DNA from: Candidatus Poribacteria bacterium
Lineage (GTDB): Bacteria > Poribacteria > WGA-4E > PCPOR2b
Reading direction: 5' to 3'
Length of the DNA stretch: 64,000 nucleotides
Assembly (NCBI GenBank): GCA_965218095.1
Contig: OZ244587.1
Span: 3,072,001 to 3,136,000 of the forward strand
In this document: one piece after another, positions 61,141 through 64,000 of the stretch
Numbering within the stretch: position 1 is the stretch's first letter
Layout of the letters: the number at the start of each line of letters is the position of its first letter
Program-made: the position numbers and the translations under genes
The notes under the pieces: generated by a model
The model's input: the letters and a program-made list of their open reading frames with translations, nothing else
Databases searched by the model: none
What the model was told of the DNA's origin: nothing

Positions 61141-63684
61141 ATGATGGAATTGAAGACATATCAACTCCGCGTGCTTGACGCTTTTAGCCGTTGGTTGGAA
61201 GTCCTTGACGCGGAGCGCAACAAGTCTGGGGATATGATAGAAACGTTGAAACAGGCAGGGTTTGACATTTCAAATGATATTCGTAATTATCCCCAAAACG
61301 CATGGCAGCAGCTATCAAAGAACGGTGATGTGGCAGAAAGTGCGGGCGAATACATCAGTCGCACCGATGGTGCAGACCGTTCGATTCCGCATATCTGCTT
61401 CAAAGTGCCAACAGGTGGCGGTAAAACTTTGCTCGCCGCCGCCGCTCTGGAACGCCGCCATCAACAGACCGGACTGATCTTGTGGGTTGTGCCGAGCAAG
61501 GCTATCTACGTCCAAACGAAAGCCGCCCTGTGGAACCGTGAACACCCGTACCGTCAAATGTTAGAGCGGGCGAGTGCCGGCCGCGTCAAAATGCTGGAGA
61601 AAGATGACCTATTCAACAGAGACGATATCGTCAATTACCTGTGCGTCATGTTACTGATGTTACCGGCAACGAACCGACAAAAGGGGAAAGAGTTTCTGCG
61701 TATGTTTAAGGATGCGGGGCGTTATCCGAGTTTTTTCCCGGACGGTGATGATCTCCTCAGTGACGGCCGCTTGATGAAAACCTACCCCGACTTGGAATGC
61801 AATGTTGAAGGCGGGACAATCAAGCACAGTCTGTTTAATGTCTTCAAGATACTACGTCCTGTTGTTGTTCTCGACGAGGCACATAAAGCGTATGGAGCAA
61901 AAAAGAAGGAGGCAAACGAAGAATTTGCCCGCTCCATCAACCGTTTGAATCCCCGACTGGTTATCGAACTCTCTGCGACCCCGAACCACGGTATAAGCAA
62001 TCTGCTCGTCGATATCGAAGGACCCGACCTGAAAAAGGAGGAGATGGTCAAATTGCCGGTGCAGGTAACATCATTTTCCAATACTGACTGGAAATCAACG
62101 TTAAGCGAGGCGTTTGAAAAGCTGGCCGACTTGGAGATAGAAACTAGGGCACTTGAGCACAGCACGGTCCGTTATATCCGTCCAATCGCCGTTGTGCGCG
62201 TTGAGCGAACGGGTAAGGATCAGAGAGATAATGAGCGTATCCACGCTGAGGATGTGCGGGAATATCTCACGCAAGACTTGCAGCTGCCCTCGGATACGGT
62301 TCGTGTCAAGTCTTCTGACAACGACGAACTCGGCAACGAAGATTTGCTCTCCGAATTTTCAGAGGTGCGATGGATTATCACAAAATCCGCACTGATGGAG
62401 GGTTGGGATTGTCCTTTTGCCTATCTGTTGGTGATGTTGGACAATACGCAAGCGCAACGGGCTATCACGCAACTGGTGGGGCGGGTAATGCGGCAGCCAC
62501 ACGCGCAACTCACCGGTAGAGAATTGTTAGATCAGTGTTATGTCTATTGTAATAACGCCGAGGTGGGCGCCGTCGTCGAGCAGGTCAAAAATGGATTGGA
62601 AGCGGAGGGGCTAACGGGCTTGGGCGACGAAGTGATGGGCACGTTGGGTTCACAGCAACATCAAGGCGAGATGCAGCAACGGACTGTGCGTCGCCGCGAG
62701 CGGTTTCAAGATCAGGATATCTTTCTGCCAGTGGTGTCCCATAAAAACGGCGAAGATTGGGTACAACTCGACTATCAATCACATATCTTGCCGCATATAG
62801 ATTGGTCGTCAATCGAACCACCCGACCCAGAAGCGTCTGCCCCCAATAGCGCAAGACGTCAATCCGCAACGGTTGATGTCAATGAGGCACCGCCGGTTTT
62901 CCATCCCGATCAAGCGTTGGATATTGACAAAACGGTCAAAGTATCCCATTTCACACGCCATCTGTCTGACATTCTACCCAATCTATGGCACGCCGCCCGC
63001 ATAGTAGGGCAGCTGATTGAGGACCAGAAACAGGACGGCAAAACCGATGCGGATATCTATGACCGACGTGCTTATCTTGCACATCTGCTAAGGGAGCATG
63101 TTAAGAATGAAGTGGAAACGCAGGCAGAGCAGGTCTTTCACGAAAAACTGAGACGGGGTGAAATCCGCTTTGATTTGGAAGTCGGACAACCGAATTTCCG
63201 TATGAAACACCACTATGAAATACAGGTTAGTTCCGGTGATAGGCCACTATTAAGAAATTATGAACCTGTGCAGCTCACCCTGTTTGAACCAGTTTTCGAG
63301 CGATATTTCAGTAACGAATTGGAAAAGAAATTTGCGTGTTATCTTGATGAGCAGAAGGCAGTGCAATGGTGGCATCGAGTTGCAGCGCGTCAACAGGGCG
63401 AGTATTATTTGCAAGGCTGGAAAAAGGGACGAATTTACCCCGACTTCGTTGCGATGGCGAGCGAAACACGCGTGCTAATTTTCGAGACAAAGGGTGAACA
63501 CCTGCTCGGCAACCCTGACACTGAGTACAAGCGAAAAGTGTTAAAAGTGCTTGAAGGGGTATTCAATGCTGTCGGTACGATGGAACTGTGTGAGGCTCCC
63601 AACAGCATTTTTCGATTGGTATTCAGTGATCACGAATTCTCGGAGATATCCGAACGGTTGGGCGAGCACTATTCGCATAGCTAA
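61141..63684 (+). CDS. res: Type III restriction endonuclease/helicase subunit
   Basis: VPTGGGKT, DEAH, SAT, EGWD, QLVGR, PDF...ETKG. Confidence 0.92.
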   Translation: MMELKTYQLRVLDAFSRWLEVLDAERNKSGDMIETLKQAGFDISNDIRNYPQNAWQQLSKNGDVAESAGEYISRTDGADRSIPHICFKVPTGGGKTLLAAAALERRHQQTGLILWVVPSKAIYVQTKAALWNREHPYRQMLERASAGRVKMLEKDDLFNRDDIVNYLCVMLLMLPATNRQKGKEFLRMFKDAGRYPSFFPDGDDLLSDGRLMKTYPDLECNVEGGTIKHSLFNVFKILRPVVVLDEAHKAYGAKKKEANEEFARSINRLNPRLVIELSATPNHGISNLLVDIEGPDLKKEEMVKLPVQVTSFSNTDWKSTLSEAFEKLADLEIETRALEHSTVRYIRPIAVVRVERTGKDQRDNERIHAEDVREYLTQDLQLPSDTVRVKSSDNDELGNEDLLSEFSEVRWIITKSALMEGWDCPFAYLLVMLDNTQAQRAITQLVGRVMRQPHAQLTGRELLDQCYVYCNNAEVGAVVEQVKNGLEAEGLTGLGDEVMGTLGSQQHQGEMQQRTVRRRERFQDQDIFLPVVSHKNGEDWVQLDYQSHILPHIDWSSIEPPDPEASAPNSARRQSATVDVNEAPPVFHPDQALDIDKTVKVSHFTRHLSDILPNLWHAARIVGQLIEDQKQDGKTDADIYDRRAYLAHLLREHVKNEVETQAEQVFHEKLRRGEIRFDLEVGQPNFRMKHHYEIQVSSGDRPLLRNYEPVQLTLFEPVFERYFSNELEKKFACYLDEQKAVQWWHRVAARQQGEYYLQGWKKGRIYPDFVAMASETRVLIFETKGEHLLGNPDTEYKRKVLKVLEGVFNAVGTMELCEAPNSIFRLVFSDHEFSEISERLGEHYSHS

Positions 63685-63742
63685 AGGAAAGAGAGATATA
63701 ATCTTGCCTTGAAATGCTTTATTCGTTTTTGGAGGAGCAAAA

Positions 63743-64000
63743 ATGCTGACGAAGTTGACTTGTCGTAATTTCAAAAACTTTGGAGAAGTAGAAGTCGAAT
63801 TAGGGAATCCCGTTGTCTTCATTGGACCCAATAACTCTGGCAAAACCACCGCTTTACAGGCACTCGCCCTGTGGGATATTGGACTCAAACGTTGGAACGA
63901 GAACCGTAAGGGGAAGCCAAGAGCGGAAAAGCGACCGGGCGTTGCTATCAACCGGCGCGACCTTATCTCCCTCCCTGTACCGAATGCAAGGTTACTCTGG
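63743..64000 (+). CDS. ABC/SMC-like ATPase (AAA_15/AAA_21 type), 5' partial
   Basis: SD GGAGG; MLTKLTCRNFKNF...FIGPNNSGKTT; runs off the window. Confidence 0.85.
   Translation, partial: MLTKLTCRNFKNFGEVEVELGNPVVFIGPNNSGKTTALQALALWDIGLKRWNENRKGKPRAEKRPGVAINRRDLISLPVPNARLLW

Noticed and set aside
1-64000. CRISPR array, rRNA, reverse transcriptase (retron/DGR)
   Set aside because: No regularly spaced repeats, rRNA-like sequence or RT motifs seen.

Overview
64 kb bacterial chromosome segment. Gene content suggests Candidatus Poribacteria or a similar lineage (inference only, from the HEAT-repeat lipoprotein, PhyH-like dioxygenase and dense REP-type repeats). The housekeeping backbone is fused glyQS, hsp20-lon, mutL, a SurA/PpiD-like foldase, tRNA-Pro(GGG), hom-thrC-lysC and yceD-rpmF-fabH-fabD-fabG-acpP-fabF. 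Accessory elements: a Cre-like tyrosine recombinase with an unknown partner gene (distant paralog at 55.4 kb), many gene remnants, and a defence cluster at the right edge (TIR-like protein, type III R-M, ATPase). The best candidate for an undescribed system is an island at 28.2-37.5 kb: PAS kinase, sigma54 activator, a sigma54 promoter in front of ferritin, then about 1 kb with no convincing gene but dense G·U-containing helices, two pseudoknot-compatible elements and an intrinsic terminator (putative large structured ncRNA), followed by receiver, CMP-kinase-like, STAS, CBS and ferritin-like genes. A second notable signal is a 27-30 bp palindromic element inserted in frame in two proteins (including GlyQ) and once intergenically. 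All calls come from reading the sequence by eye; no searches or folding programs were run.
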